From an uncultured virus (IMG/VR IMGVR_UViG_3300014208_000430) (taxonomy: Duplodnaviria; Heunggongvirae; Uroviricota; Caudoviricetes): a DNA stretch of 64,000 nucleotides. Positions within the stretch are counted from its first letter, which is position 1. The number at the start of each line of letters is the position of its first letter. A program made the translations under genes and the position numbers. The stretch lies in IMG/VR virus record IMGVR_UViG_3300014208_000430; one strand, 5' to 3'. The notes beneath the pieces are model-generated. The model saw nothing but the letters and a program-made list of their open reading frames with translations. It had not been told where the DNA came from and searched no databases. Shown in pieces: positions 18,460 through 28,859 of this stretch.

Positions 18460-20199
18460 TTATAAAATCTCTATAAATCCAGTTCCAGTGTGTAAATGAC
18501 TTTCTTTTATAACTTTCCAATATTTTCCACTTCTTTCTTTTACTTCATTCCAAAAATGTTTTGTTGCACCCTTAGTATCTCCTTCAGAATCTAAATCGAT
18601 ATCGTGAAATGCTATTATTCCACCTTTTCTAACATTCCATCCAAATGTATAAAAATCTGATTTAGTTTCTCTATAAACATGTCCACCATCTATAAAAAGA
18701 AAGTCTATTTTCCTATCTCCAATTATTGATAAAAATTGTTTATAAGTTCCAAGATTCAAAGAATCTCCATGTACAAATTTTACTCTTGTATCTTGAGTTA
18801 TCAATGGACTTAAATCATTATCAGAATCAATTCCAATTACAATACCATTATATGTTATAAGTTTTCTCCATATATTTAAAGTTCCACCATGTTTAACACC
18901 TATTTCTACTATTATTTTAGGATTTAACTTAATAACTTCGTTTGCAATCTCACAAGTCTCTTCTTCTTCCATGTCAGTTTTAATATACTTAAACGATTGA
19001 TTTACCATATTTTTTATGTCAGTCAATGATACACCTTTCTTTTCGTTTATTAGTTTGATTAAGTTTTCTTTTGATATTATTTTAGATTCTACTTTTTTTG
19101 GTAAATTTTCCGTTATTTCTGCTTCTCCATTTAAAGAAAAGAATTTGAGAGCATACTTTTTCCAATTATCAAAACTAAAGTCTTTATGAGCATCTTTAAA
19201 TTTATCATAGAAGTTCTTAGGATTTTCAATAAATTTTTCTATCTTTTTTAATGATGTTCTGTCATCTTCTTGTAAATATAACAATTCCTCAGGACATTTG
19301 TACATTCCATTTGAAACTGTAAAAATTTGATTTTTTTCTTCTATACCATCACCTATAAATAACAATGGTTTACCAAGACTTATCATATCAACTATACAAT
19401 TTCCAGATGAAAATCCTCCAACTGTTGTACAAATATCAGAATTTCTTATGTAATATATAATATCAAGATAATTACACTCATTACTATATGTAAAATGTAA
19501 TTTATGTTGAGTTTCATTACTATTTACAAACTTTTCAGATGGAAATAAGTTTACTATTTCTTTACTTTCTATAAGTACATTTATATTTAATATATAACCT
19601 TTGCTTTTCAGATAATTTATTATAAGTATTTCCTTATCTAAATATTTTTTATTTGAATTAGAACCATCACTCCATGTACTATAAAACATTGATATATTTA
19701 AATTTGGTAGATTAGGACTATATTCATAATCAAAAAATCCTAATTTTTTATCATCTCTAAATACAGATATTGGATATAATACTGGTAAATAGTGTATTAT
19801 GAACGGCATTCGTAACTGATGTTTTTCAAATGCCATGAACGATGGATGTGTATATACTATGTTTGAACTCACTTCATTTTTATATTTTTCATACAATTTC
19901 AAATCGTCAGGTTCATAACCCATAAATATAACAGTTCCATATTTTGAGTTGGAGTATGGAAGTTTTGAAAATGTTAGTGCATAATCATAATATTTTAACT
20001 GTGGTTTATTTGTTAAATATGCATCCTTATAAATATTTATTAAACCATTATTCCAACTATTCTTTATTATATGTACAGTAAATCCAAGATCTGCAAGTCC
20101 AAATCCCATGTTTAACGGTATTCTTCCTTCAGCTCTCATGCTATCATAATGATCTTTTCCAACAACATCATCTGTTGTAAAAACTGCTATAGTTTTCAT
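18460..20199 (-). CDS. Fusion: GT-B-like N-terminal domain plus class I (Methyltransf_24-like) methyltransferase
   Basis: C-terminal IVEIGVKHGGT, IDFLFIDGGH.Y, GGIIAFHD; N-terminus paralogous to 20208-21353. Confidence 0.75.
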   Translation of the reverse strand: MKTIAVFTTDDVVGKDHYDSMRAEGRIPLNMGFGLADLGFTVHIIKNSWNNGLINIYKDAYLTNKPQLKYYDYALTFSKLPYSNSKYGTVIFMGYEPDDLKLYEKYKNEVSSNIVYTHPSFMAFEKHQLRMPFIIHYLPVLYPISVFRDDKKLGFFDYEYSPNLPNLNISMFYSTWSDGSNSNKKYLDKEILIINYLKSKGYILNINVLIESKEIVNLFPSEKFVNSNETQHKLHFTYSNECNYLDIIYYIRNSDICTTVGGFSSGNCIVDMISLGKPLLFIGDGIEEKNQIFTVSNGMYKCPEELLYLQEDDRTSLKKIEKFIENPKNFYDKFKDAHKDFSFDNWKKYALKFFSLNGEAEITENLPKKVESKIISKENLIKLINEKKGVSLTDIKNMVNQSFKYIKTDMEEEETCEIANEVIKLNPKIIVEIGVKHGGTLNIWRKLITYNGIVIGIDSDNDLSPLITQDTRVKFVHGDSLNLGTYKQFLSIIGDRKIDFLFIDGGHVYRETKSDFYTFGWNVRKGGIIAFHDIDLDSEGDTKGATKHFWNEVKERSGKYWKVIKESHLHTGTGFIEIL

Positions 20200-20207
20200 T
20201 ATTTATC

Positions 20208-21353
20208 CTAAACAAAATATTTTTTAGCTATTTCTTTCCAATTATTAAAATCTAAGTCTTTGCATGATTCCTTAAATTTATTATAAGAGATTTCTGGATT
20301 TGCTATAAAATCTTCAAGTTTTTTTAGAGATTCTTCTTCACTTTCGTGTATATATATGAAATATTCTGAATATTCACACAAATAATTTGTAAATATATCT
20401 TTCTTTATATCAACAATACAATCTGATATAAATACAAATGGTTTCCCAGATGAAATAACTTCACCTAAGCATGATGCAGCTTGTCTTGAACCAATCAATA
20501 TACACATATCAGACGATAAAACTGAATTAATAACATCTATATATCGTGCTTCTGTATCATATATAAATTCTACATCCTTATTATCAATATTAAATGGATT
20601 TACAGTATTTTTTGAAGCTGTATGTATAATAAGTTTTACTTTATAACCTTTATTTCTAAGGAAATCTATTACAAGTTGTTGTTTTTTGAAAGTTATTCCT
20701 GCTCCTTTACTTTCATTATAACACGAATATATTTTCAATTCTTTCTTTTGTTCAAATTGTTCAAATTTATATGGTAAAAATCCTACATTTATAGATGGAA
20801 TTGGATATAGTCCAGGTAAATACTCAAATTTAAATTTATCCATCACACTTAATTTTCTTGCATATTCAAGTATATGATTACTAACACCTGTATATATGAC
20901 ATTACTATTTGTCATTTTTATAAAATCGTGAACTTGATTAACATATGTAAAATTCCAATCCATAAATACTAAATTATCAAATGTTATTTGATCTAAACCA
21001 GATAATGTCCACGTTAAAACATAATTATAATGTCTATGTATTGGTAAATTTGATAAATAAACATTTGGATAAACTTCTTTTTTACCTTCAATTTCCCATT
21101 CATTAAATATTATATTTACTTCAAATCCCATTAAAGATAATCCAAATCCAATATTTAATGGAACTCTTCCTTCTGAACGAAAAGAATCATATTGATCTCC
21201 TTTAATCGGAGTTCTCATCGGATTTACTACACGACATGCTACAGTTTTCATATTAGTAAGTGGATATTTATCAGATTCTAATTCAAGTTTTTTATTTTTA
21301 TTCAATGAATTCTTTATTGAATTTTCTAATTGTAACACAAAGAAGTTTACCAT
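20208..21353 (-). CDS. Diverged GT-B-like protein; paralog of the N-terminus of 18460-20199
   Basis: YDSFRSEGRVPLNIGFGL vs YDSMRAEGRIPLNMGFGL; SD.C...ISSGKP; F.NWK ending. Confidence 0.55.
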   Translation of the reverse strand: MVNFFVLQLENSIKNSLNKNKKLELESDKYPLTNMKTVACRVVNPMRTPIKGDQYDSFRSEGRVPLNIGFGLSLMGFEVNIIFNEWEIEGKKEVYPNVYLSNLPIHRHYNYVLTWTLSGLDQITFDNLVFMDWNFTYVNQVHDFIKMTNSNVIYTGVSNHILEYARKLSVMDKFKFEYLPGLYPIPSINVGFLPYKFEQFEQKKELKIYSCYNESKGAGITFKKQQLVIDFLRNKGYKVKLIIHTASKNTVNPFNIDNKDVEFIYDTEARYIDVINSVLSSDMCILIGSRQAASCLGEVISSGKPFVFISDCIVDIKKDIFTNYLCEYSEYFIYIHESEEESLKKLEDFIANPEISYNKFKESCKDLDFNNWKEIAKKYFV

Positions 21354-21363
21354 TTTATTGATC

Positions 21364-22956
21364 TCATATTATATTAAAGTATTTTGTATAATTATTCCAT
21401 TCTTCATCATTATTTACAATTTTTTCAAATTTAGCAAAGTTTTTTGTTGAAATAGAATTTTTTGTAGAATTCATATTGTCTAATATATATTGACAAGTTG
21501 CTAAATAATACCATGCAAATGCATGATCTGGATATTTCTTTACAATATTTTCAAAGAAAGTCATAGCTTTTTCATATTGACCAATTCTTATATTATAATT
21601 ATGTACAAAATTAACATCTAAGTTCATTAAATATGCTTCTTTTTCAATTTTAATTGGATCAATATCTGGTGTTTTTATATTTGCTTTAGATATTATATGA
21701 TTATTCATATTATCATCTAATAAATATCCATTTTCTACACAGATGTCATATAATCGACTTCCAACTATAGGAATTGCTATAAAAAAATGTACCCAATCGA
21801 ATCCTACATTTTTTAACATATTTAACGTTTCTAATCTGTGTGATTGTTTTTCTCCTGGAAGTCCTATTACAATAAAAGCATGAACTTGTATATCATTTTT
21901 CCTAAGGATTTCTACAGCAGGTTTTATCATTGATACTTTAAGTGGTTTATTTATTATTTCTTTTAGAACATAATCTGAACCTGATTCTATTGCTAATGCT
22001 ACAACAGAACATCCTGCTTCTTTTAGCAATTCTCCAATTTCTTCATCTATAGCATAGACAGCAAGACCATTAGGAAATTCTATTTTTATGTTGTAAAATT
22101 GTAATCTAATTAATATTTCTTTTGTTCTTTTTACATTACTTAGAAAATGATCATCTTCAATCATAAGTGTTGTCATTCCAAGTTTTATCATATTATCTAC
22201 TTCATCAATAACTTTTTCAACACTCATATATCTTACTTTCTTACCGTGCAGCTTTCCATTTGCACAAAATACACAATCGAATGGACATCCTCTTGATGTA
22301 TGAATACTCATTTCTCTTTTATTAGTATAAGCACCTTTATCCAATGAACGATTGTTGTAATCATCAAGATTCACTAAACTATAATCAAAAGTTGGTATAT
22401 CATCAAGATTGTAGACAAAAGTATGTAATGGTTTCTGTTTTTCTTCTAAACTTTTTCTTGTTATCCAAGATTGATGTTCAAAATTGTATGACATTTCAGA
22501 GTGTAGAAATTCTACCATTGGAATTTCTCCTTCTCCGTAACAAATAGCATCAATCCATGGACATTCTTCTAATATTTTTGAGTAAAGATTTGTTGGTAAT
22601 CCTCCACCAGCAATAATATAAACATCATCTAAAAGCATTTTTACAGTAACTGATATTCTTTCAAGATATTGATATGATGTATTAAATAATGCAGATATTG
22701 CTACAACATCTGGTTTAAATGATGTCAATTTCTCTGTAAATTTCTCAGGAAGACAATTATTATTCCCTTTTTTAATTTTAACATTAAAATCGAACAATTG
22801 AGTTTCTACATTTTCTACATTCTTTTTGATATATGTATCTATAGACATTATACCATAAGGTATTGTAAATACAGGTAGAACTGTCTTTTTATCATTATTC
22901 TTAACATCAAAGTAAGGTGGAATAACATATAAAATTTTTGTCATAATCTTATTCAC
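21364..22956 (-). CDS. Cobalamin (B12)-binding radical SAM protein with C-terminal TPR-like repeat
   Basis: PYGIMSI, PDVVAISALF, GEGE, TSRGCPFDCVFC, IESGS; YEKAMTFFENIVKKYPDHAFAWYYLA. Confidence 0.9.
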   Translation of the reverse strand: MNKIMTKILYVIPPYFDVKNNDKKTVLPVFTIPYGIMSIDTYIKKNVENVETQLFDFNVKIKKGNNNCLPEKFTEKLTSFKPDVVAISALFNTSYQYLERISVTVKMLLDDVYIIAGGGLPTNLYSKILEECPWIDAICYGEGEIPMVEFLHSEMSYNFEHQSWITRKSLEEKQKPLHTFVYNLDDIPTFDYSLVNLDDYNNRSLDKGAYTNKREMSIHTSRGCPFDCVFCANGKLHGKKVRYMSVEKVIDEVDNMIKLGMTTLMIEDDHFLSNVKRTKEILIRLQFYNIKIEFPNGLAVYAIDEEIGELLKEAGCSVVALAIESGSDYVLKEIINKPLKVSMIKPAVEILRKNDIQVHAFIVIGLPGEKQSHRLETLNMLKNVGFDWVHFFIAIPIVGSRLYDICVENGYLLDDNMNNHIISKANIKTPDIDPIKIEKEAYLMNLDVNFVHNYNIRIGQYEKAMTFFENIVKKYPDHAFAWYYLATCQYILDNMNSTKNSISTKNFAKFEKIVNNDEEWNNYTKYFNII

Positions 22957-23212
22957 TTATAATATTCTTAAATTCTTTCTTTAAATTATCTCCATAATAA
23001 TCTGACATAATTATATCATTTCCATCAAAATATAACCATTCTATCCATTCACCAAGTTCCGTGTATCCAAAAACAATTATTCCAATTTTGTTGTCTTTTT
23101 TAAATACTATTGAAAATCCACCTTCGATGTTAGATTCTGTCATTTTAGAAGTTATAATTGTAGAACCTTCTAAATATTTATTTAATATTCCTGTCATTTC
23201 ATTATCTCTCAT
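22949..23212 (-). CDS. Hypothetical protein (87 aa)
   Basis: ORF track; overlapping stop/start with neighbours. Confidence 0.55.
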   Translation of the reverse strand: MRDNEMTGILNKYLEGSTIITSKMTESNIEGGFSIVFKKDNKIGIIVFGYTELGEWIEWLYFDGNDIIMSDYYGDNLKKEFKNIISE

Positions 23213-24411
23213 GATATCTCCTCAACATTTCCAAATCCACATTTGATTATTTGTCCTTTAAATTTTATTTCTTTTAAGTAATTATACATTTCTTTAAAAT
23301 GTGTTGGAGCACCAATCACAATAACATCATCTTTAGTCGCTTCTTTTAATTTGTCAGTTGAATATATTTTCTGACTGTTTATTGTTTCTTTTTGAGTTCT
23401 TTCATTATTATCTATATAATACTTAATGTTACAATCTTTTAGAGGACTCATTGATAACATCATATTCATGTGAATTCCGAGTCCCCAAATATAGACATTC
23501 TTTTTACTATCAACTAAATTTTTTAATATATCATTATTATCTAACGAATTCACTTTGTTATGTTCATCAAACCAAGACTTTATTTCAAATGCAAGTGTAA
23601 AATCAGAAATATTTATCTTTCCCATGTTAATTTTTTTGAATATACACCATACACAAGGCATTTTTAAATCTCCTTCTACCCTTGTGCTATATCCAGAATC
23701 AATCTTTAGAAATCCATTGTTTTCGAATAGATGGGTAAGATGAAATTTGTCAAAATGAACTATATGTTGAAGATAGAAATATCTCAATGGAGATACATCT
23801 TCAAATTCATCATACCTATATGCATCAGGAACTTCTACATAGACAATTCCATCATCCGACAGTTTATCATATAAACATTTCAAAGCAGATTTTAGGTCTA
23901 ACACATGTTCAAGTACATGAGAGAGTATAATAACATCTGCTTTTTCATCGAACGGTATATTTAGAACCGAACCTTGTTCAGCATTTATTCCACCTTTTTT
24001 CAATAATTCTACACAAGATTCTGATAAATCTATTCCATATAAACTATTACTGCCTAGTTCTTTTAATTTCTTCAACAATAATCCATTTCCACAACCTATG
24101 TCAAATATTTTATTTTGTTTATTTGTATATGATGATATATTTTCTATTATGTTTATAATATAATTTTCTTCATTTTCATCAATTTTTCTTGATATGTATG
24201 ATGGACTATAAAAATAATCTTCATAAAATTTATTATAATCTTCTTGATTTAAAGGTGTATCATATTTCACAAATCCACATCTTGAACAACAAACTATATT
24301 ATAAAAATTTCTTAGTGGATGATTATCTGTTAGTGTATAACGAAGTTCTCCTATATTATCACCACAAATATTATTACATACAGGACAAAATTGATACATT
24401 ATATTATTCAT
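23209..24411 (-). CDS. Class I SAM methyltransferase with N-terminal zinc finger and C-methyltransferase-like C-terminal domain
   Basis: CPVC..CSRCG, IFDIGCGNG, SHVLEH, YVEVPD, YIWGLG..IDNN. Confidence 0.85.
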   Translation of the reverse strand: MNNIMYQFCPVCNNICGDNIGELRYTLTDNHPLRNFYNIVCCSRCGFVKYDTPLNQEDYNKFYEDYFYSPSYISRKIDENEENYIINIIENISSYTNKQNKIFDIGCGNGLLLKKLKELGSNSLYGIDLSESCVELLKKGGINAEQGSVLNIPFDEKADVIILSHVLEHVLDLKSALKCLYDKLSDDGIVYVEVPDAYRYDEFEDVSPLRYFYLQHIVHFDKFHLTHLFENNGFLKIDSGYSTRVEGDLKMPCVWCIFKKINMGKINISDFTLAFEIKSWFDEHNKVNSLDNNDILKNLVDSKKNVYIWGLGIHMNMMLSMSPLKDCNIKYYIDNNERTQKETINSQKIYSTDKLKEATKDDVIVIGAPTHFKEMYNYLKEIKFKGQIIKCGFGNVEEIS

Positions 24412-24422
24412 TTTATCTTTCC

Positions 24423-26006
24423 TTATAAATTGATTATTTTTATTATATCTTCTATACTACTACTTCTTTCGAATGATGAAATTGACAGTAACGGAACTTT
24501 TTTTCCGAAGTTATTCTCAACATATTTTTTAACATTCTTATAATCACTTCCATCTAAAAATGAATATGTTATACACAATTCTGGTTTAACATCTTTAACA
24601 TTGAATTCTTTATCTTTATCGTTTAAATAAAATCCAGCTTCTTCGTCCATATTTATATAACCACAACAATTTCTCCAATTTTCATGGTATAATTTTTTTA
24701 TTAATTTTATAAAATAATAGTGTCTTGTTGTTCCTATTAAAATCCAAGGTTTTGAATCTATTAGTGCCATTTTTCTCATTAAAATTTTGTCTTTATTCAT
24801 AACCTTATTTATTTTATCTACATATTTATTTGCTAAATTATAATCTATATTATTCAATTTAATTTGAATATTATTTATTCCATCTAAGTTTGGTTCAAAC
24901 CAATCAAATTTATTCTTATCATGTATAATATAACCATATTTAAAACAATGTTCGTATAATTTAGTTCCTGGATATGGTGTATAAAAGAAACAATTAACAC
25001 TATCTGGCTTAGCTTTTTCCACAAATTCTAATGCACAATTGTAATCATATTCTCCTTGTGTTGGAATTCCAAACATTAAATTTACAGTAGAGTTTAATCC
25101 ATATTTATGACATAGTTTTATAGCTTCATAACATTCATTAACAGAATAATTCTTATTTAAGAAATTTAATAGTCTGAATGATGTTGTTTCCACACCAAAG
25201 TTTACAGTTTCAACACCCATTGATACAAATTCTTTTGCTATATCTTCATTAAAAGTGTCAACTCTGCAAGATACCTGACTGCTGAATGATATATTAGAAT
25301 CCTTTATTAGTTCATGAAATTTCTTTAATCTTTCTAATTTGTATGAGAATAAATCATCAAGAAAATGAAAGTTCTTTACACCATAATTGTTGTGTAAGTC
25401 TATTACATATTTTGCAACATTTTCTATTGGAAATGCAAAGAATTTCTTACTTCCAGAATGACAGAATGTGCAACTATAAGGACAGCCAATTGCTGTTAAT
25501 ACAGTTACTGTTTCAGTCTTCTTCATTCTTTCTATTTGACTATTTGAATAAAAAAAGTTTGTGTAAACACTCTTATCTTCGTGTTGTTTACCATTTATAA
25601 TTTCACCATTAAATAACAAATGAGTTTTTAATATATCTTTCCATACTCCCATACCATCTCCAACTATTACAGCATCAAAAAATCCACTTTTTATAGTTTC
25701 ATCTGGCATTAAAGTTGGATGTATTCCACCTACTATTATAGTTGTGTCGTTTAGTAAATTTAATGTTATATTTCTTACAAACTCTGCCAATTTAAATGCT
25801 TGATTTCTCTCAAATGATTTAAATGAGAAACTTATAATATCTGGTTCATATTCTAAAATAAAATCTTTCACTTTGGTGTAATCTTTGAGATTTGATTCTA
25901 CAAAGTATATGTCAGTTTCCCAACCATATTCCTTTGTCAATGCACATAACATTGATGCACCAAAGTTAGAGTTCTCTGTAAATATAAACATTAAAAGTTT
26001 TTTCAT
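24423..26006 (-). CDS. Cobalamin (B12)-binding radical SAM protein
   Basis: IVGGIHPT, VGDG, GCPYSCTFC, FLDDLF, FGVET, TPYPGT. Confidence 0.9.
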   Translation of the reverse strand: MKKLLMFIFTENSNFGASMLCALTKEYGWETDIYFVESNLKDYTKVKDFILEYEPDIISFSFKSFERNQAFKLAEFVRNITLNLLNDTTIIVGGIHPTLMPDETIKSGFFDAVIVGDGMGVWKDILKTHLLFNGEIINGKQHEDKSVYTNFFYSNSQIERMKKTETVTVLTAIGCPYSCTFCHSGSKKFFAFPIENVAKYVIDLHNNYGVKNFHFLDDLFSYKLERLKKFHELIKDSNISFSSQVSCRVDTFNEDIAKEFVSMGVETVNFGVETTSFRLLNFLNKNYSVNECYEAIKLCHKYGLNSTVNLMFGIPTQGEYDYNCALEFVEKAKPDSVNCFFYTPYPGTKLYEHCFKYGYIIHDKNKFDWFEPNLDGINNIQIKLNNIDYNLANKYVDKINKVMNKDKILMRKMALIDSKPWILIGTTRHYYFIKLIKKLYHENWRNCCGYINMDEEAGFYLNDKDKEFNVKDVKPELCITYSFLDGSDYKNVKKYVENNFGKKVPLLSISSFERSSSIEDIIKIINL

Positions 26007-26009
26007 ATT

Positions 26010-26438
26010 CTACTCACACAAATCTTTATCAATTTCTATATATTCACCAGCAGATTTTATAGATTCTGATTCATAGTCGTACATAAAATGAAAAATTTCA
26101 TCTTTATATAAATACATCCATAACATTTCATGTTTTGTTTTTAAGTATTTAGGTGTTGCACCTAAATTTTTTAAAACTTCAATTATATTATTTGTATATA
26201 AATTATAAGTTTCATCGTCTAATATGGGTTCTGGAATTAAATGTATGTTATACGAATCTTTTTGTTTTTTGAAATCTGGATTTATCAAATATAAGTCTAT
26301 ATCAGAATCAACTCTTGCTGTTCCTTTAGCAACAGAACCTACGATATATGCTTCGATTATAAGTTTCTCTCTTAATAATGGGCATACAAGTTCTATTGCT
26401 TTCATTATTTTATCTTGAGTTATCTTAGTTATTTTCAT
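26010..26438 (-). CDS. Minimal nucleotidyltransferase (MNT, Pol-beta superfamily)
   Basis: YIVGSVAKGTARVDSDIDL (GS...DxD). Confidence 0.85.
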   Translation of the reverse strand: MKITKITQDKIMKAIELVCPLLREKLIIEAYIVGSVAKGTARVDSDIDLYLINPDFKKQKDSYNIHLIPEPILDDETYNLYTNNIIEVLKNLGATPKYLKTKHEMLWMYLYKDEIFHFMYDYESESIKSAGEYIEIDKDLCE

Positions 26439-26671
26439 AATTTATTAAATACCCACCTTTCATTCAATAAAAATAACGCCATAAATTGTAGATAATATGT
26501 ACGTGATTTATCATCATTTATATTAATTATTACATTTGACATATTTTGTATATCTATATTGCTCAATTCAACTTTTCTATTATTAATAATTTCATCAAAC
26601 AACTTATATGACATAAGTAAATTTGGAATTTCACCACGGTTTATTGTAATAATCTCAGATTCTCTGCCCAC
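26435..26671 (-). CDS. Hypothetical protein (78 aa)
   Basis: ORF track; ATGA overlap with the MNT gene. Confidence 0.45.
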   Translation of the reverse strand: MGRESEIITINRGEIPNLLMSYKLFDEIINNRKVELSNIDIQNMSNVIININDDKSRTYYLQFMALFLLNERWVFNKL

Positions 26672-27879
26672 ATTTTCAACTCCTTATTTTCTGGAAAATA
26701 CTTTGCAAAATGAAATACTGAACCTTTAGTTTCTTCATATAACATTGGTAATGAATATTTATCAACATTCTTTAAATTTATGTTTCCATCACTCTGGAAT
26801 ATACTTTTGTCTCTTTGACAGGATAAGAACAATTCAGAAGGACTATAACCAAATATCTTTTTGAAATCTATAACTTTCTTATCCATCATAACAACACTTT
26901 GATAATGTTGATTAAGTTGAGATTCTGTTTTTTCTACTGAAAGATACTTTCTTACAAATTTTGAAGCAGTATTTCCAATCCGAACTCTCTGCTTAGGATT
27001 TTTTCTTAAATATTCTATTCTTTCAGCAAATTCTTTTTCATTGTGAACTACAAATCCTGTAATATTATCAAATACAAAACATTGTTCTGAATGATTATTT
27101 AATACAATTGGGACTAATCCCATCGACATTGCTTCTAACAAAGCATTTTCAGTTGTACCATAATGATTTGGGTTAAGTATGTAAGCAAGAACATTTATTT
27201 TTTTAAGTTCTTCTACAACATTCGGGACAAATCCTAAAAATTCAAGTTTATCAGTTTGTTTTTCTAAAATTTCTTTATTATGCAAATCTCCTATCACTTT
27301 TACTTTAACATTTGCTTCATTTATAAAATGTGCATAACCAGGATGCATTTTTGAAAATACTGTACTTCCAAAGTATCCAACTGATAATTCTTCATCAACA
27401 ATTCTGTTTATTACTGGAAAATCTTTAAATCCACCACTACTAAATACACAATTATTCAATGTAAATCCGTATGGTGTGTATCTACATCTTGTTGTACTAA
27501 TATATTTATGAGATTTTAATATTAAATCTGTTGGTATTTTAGGATTAAAGAAACCATTATTATGACAAATTGTTAATAATCGAATTTCTGGAATTTCAGT
27601 CTTACACAAATATTGTATTAATAATGGATGATTCCAGAACTCCAATTGTGATATATCAGAATGTCTAATTAGACATGATAGTTCTGTTATAATAGGTTGA
27701 ATTGTAACTTTAGTTCCTGTTTTACGAATTTTATCTAAGAATTCATCTTTTTCTGGTTTTTCTAAACAAACTATTTGATGTTCAGTTTCTGGATGTGCTA
27801 TTTTTGCTTGTTCAACTAATCCAGATAGAAATTTTCCTATGCCACCGCCTAAGTGACTTGTTATATGCAATATTCTCAT
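26641..27879 (-). CDS. Glycosyltransferase (GT4-like, GT-B)
   Basis: ORF track to 27897; likely start MRILHITSHLGGGIG; YGTTENALLEAMSMGLVPIV; TGFVV. Confidence 0.85.
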   Translation of the reverse strand: MRILHITSHLGGGIGKFLSGLVEQAKIAHPETEHQIVCLEKPEKDEFLDKIRKTGTKVTIQPIITELSCLIRHSDISQLEFWNHPLLIQYLCKTEIPEIRLLTICHNNGFFNPKIPTDLILKSHKYISTTRCRYTPYGFTLNNCVFSSGGFKDFPVINRIVDEELSVGYFGSTVFSKMHPGYAHFINEANVKVKVIGDLHNKEILEKQTDKLEFLGFVPNVVEELKKINVLAYILNPNHYGTTENALLEAMSMGLVPIVLNNHSEQCFVFDNITGFVVHNEKEFAERIEYLRKNPKQRVRIGNTASKFVRKYLSVEKTESQLNQHYQSVVMMDKKVIDFKKIFGYSPSELFLSCQRDKSIFQSDGNINLKNVDKYSLPMLYEETKGSVFHFAKYFPENKELKMWAENLRLLQ

Positions 27880-27886
27880 ATTAAAT

Positions 27887-28858
27887 CTAATAATCAAGTA
27901 TCGAACTTTGTTTTTTTAACAAATCAAAAGTATAATTTCCAGTCACAAGACCATAAAATTCATTTCGATCCAACCATCTCGTTTTTAAGTAATCCCACAA
28001 TTCTTTGTTTCTAATATAACCAGGAAAGTACTTTGCTATGTCATATTTATCTGTAAAATGAATCCTCATCATATCACTTCTTGAATTAACATCATTTCTT
28101 TCAAATAAACCCAGTACTGTCAAATCTTTAATTAAACTTGTATTTGTTATATTTTTATTATTAATCATACAACAAAATGAACTATTACATTCGTTTATAC
28201 GAGACATTACAACTACTATATGTGAATATATAAGTTCTCTTTTTGATCCATCTTTTCTTCTTAAGTATGTTATAAAGCTATTATAATTTTTATTGATCTT
28301 AAAATTGTTATACATACTAGATATTTCATTTGTAGTATAACCAAGTCTTTTTAACATTTCATAAAATATAATTGATCTTTTCTTTTGAAGTAATCTGTAG
28401 TCATTATCTTTAGAAAGTTTACAAGTTTGTGAAATGTTCAATAAAAAACTCCAATCTTCCTTTAACATTTCATTTATTTTACCATCATATGTTATAGTGA
28501 ATATTTTTACAGTTTCTAACTTCCACAATTTATAAAGCCAATCCATATTTATAGAAACCTGCTTACTCGAACTATTTAGATAATTTAAGAATTTTTTATC
28601 AAAGAAGAGCCAGCATCTTCCAGAAATTTCTATATTTTGTTCAATTTGTCTTTTTATATTATCTTCAAAATCTGAAACATATAATCCATTTTTATGAATA
28701 TGTACAGATTGTATTTCTATTGGTAAATTTTTGTCTAATATCATTATATCTGTATTATTAAATTCTCTTACAATAATACTATCTGGAAAATTTTCAACTA
28801 AAAAATCCATTATATATGATATAACATCATTAGCAATCCAATATTTATCATTATTCAT
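27887..28858 (-). CDS. Hypothetical protein, possible PD-(D/E)xK-type nuclease
   Basis: RE..NTDIMI...PIEIQ motif near the N-terminus. Confidence 0.45.
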   Translation of the reverse strand: MNNDKYWIANDVISYIMDFLVENFPDSIIVREFNNTDIMILDKNLPIEIQSVHIHKNGLYVSDFEDNIKRQIEQNIEISGRCWLFFDKKFLNYLNSSSKQVSINMDWLYKLWKLETVKIFTITYDGKINEMLKEDWSFLLNISQTCKLSKDNDYRLLQKKRSIIFYEMLKRLGYTTNEISSMYNNFKINKNYNSFITYLRRKDGSKRELIYSHIVVVMSRINECNSSFCCMINNKNITNTSLIKDLTVLGLFERNDVNSRSDMMRIHFTDKYDIAKYFPGYIRNKELWDYLKTRWLDRNEFYGLVTGNYTFDLLKKQSSILDY

Positions 28859-28859
28859 T

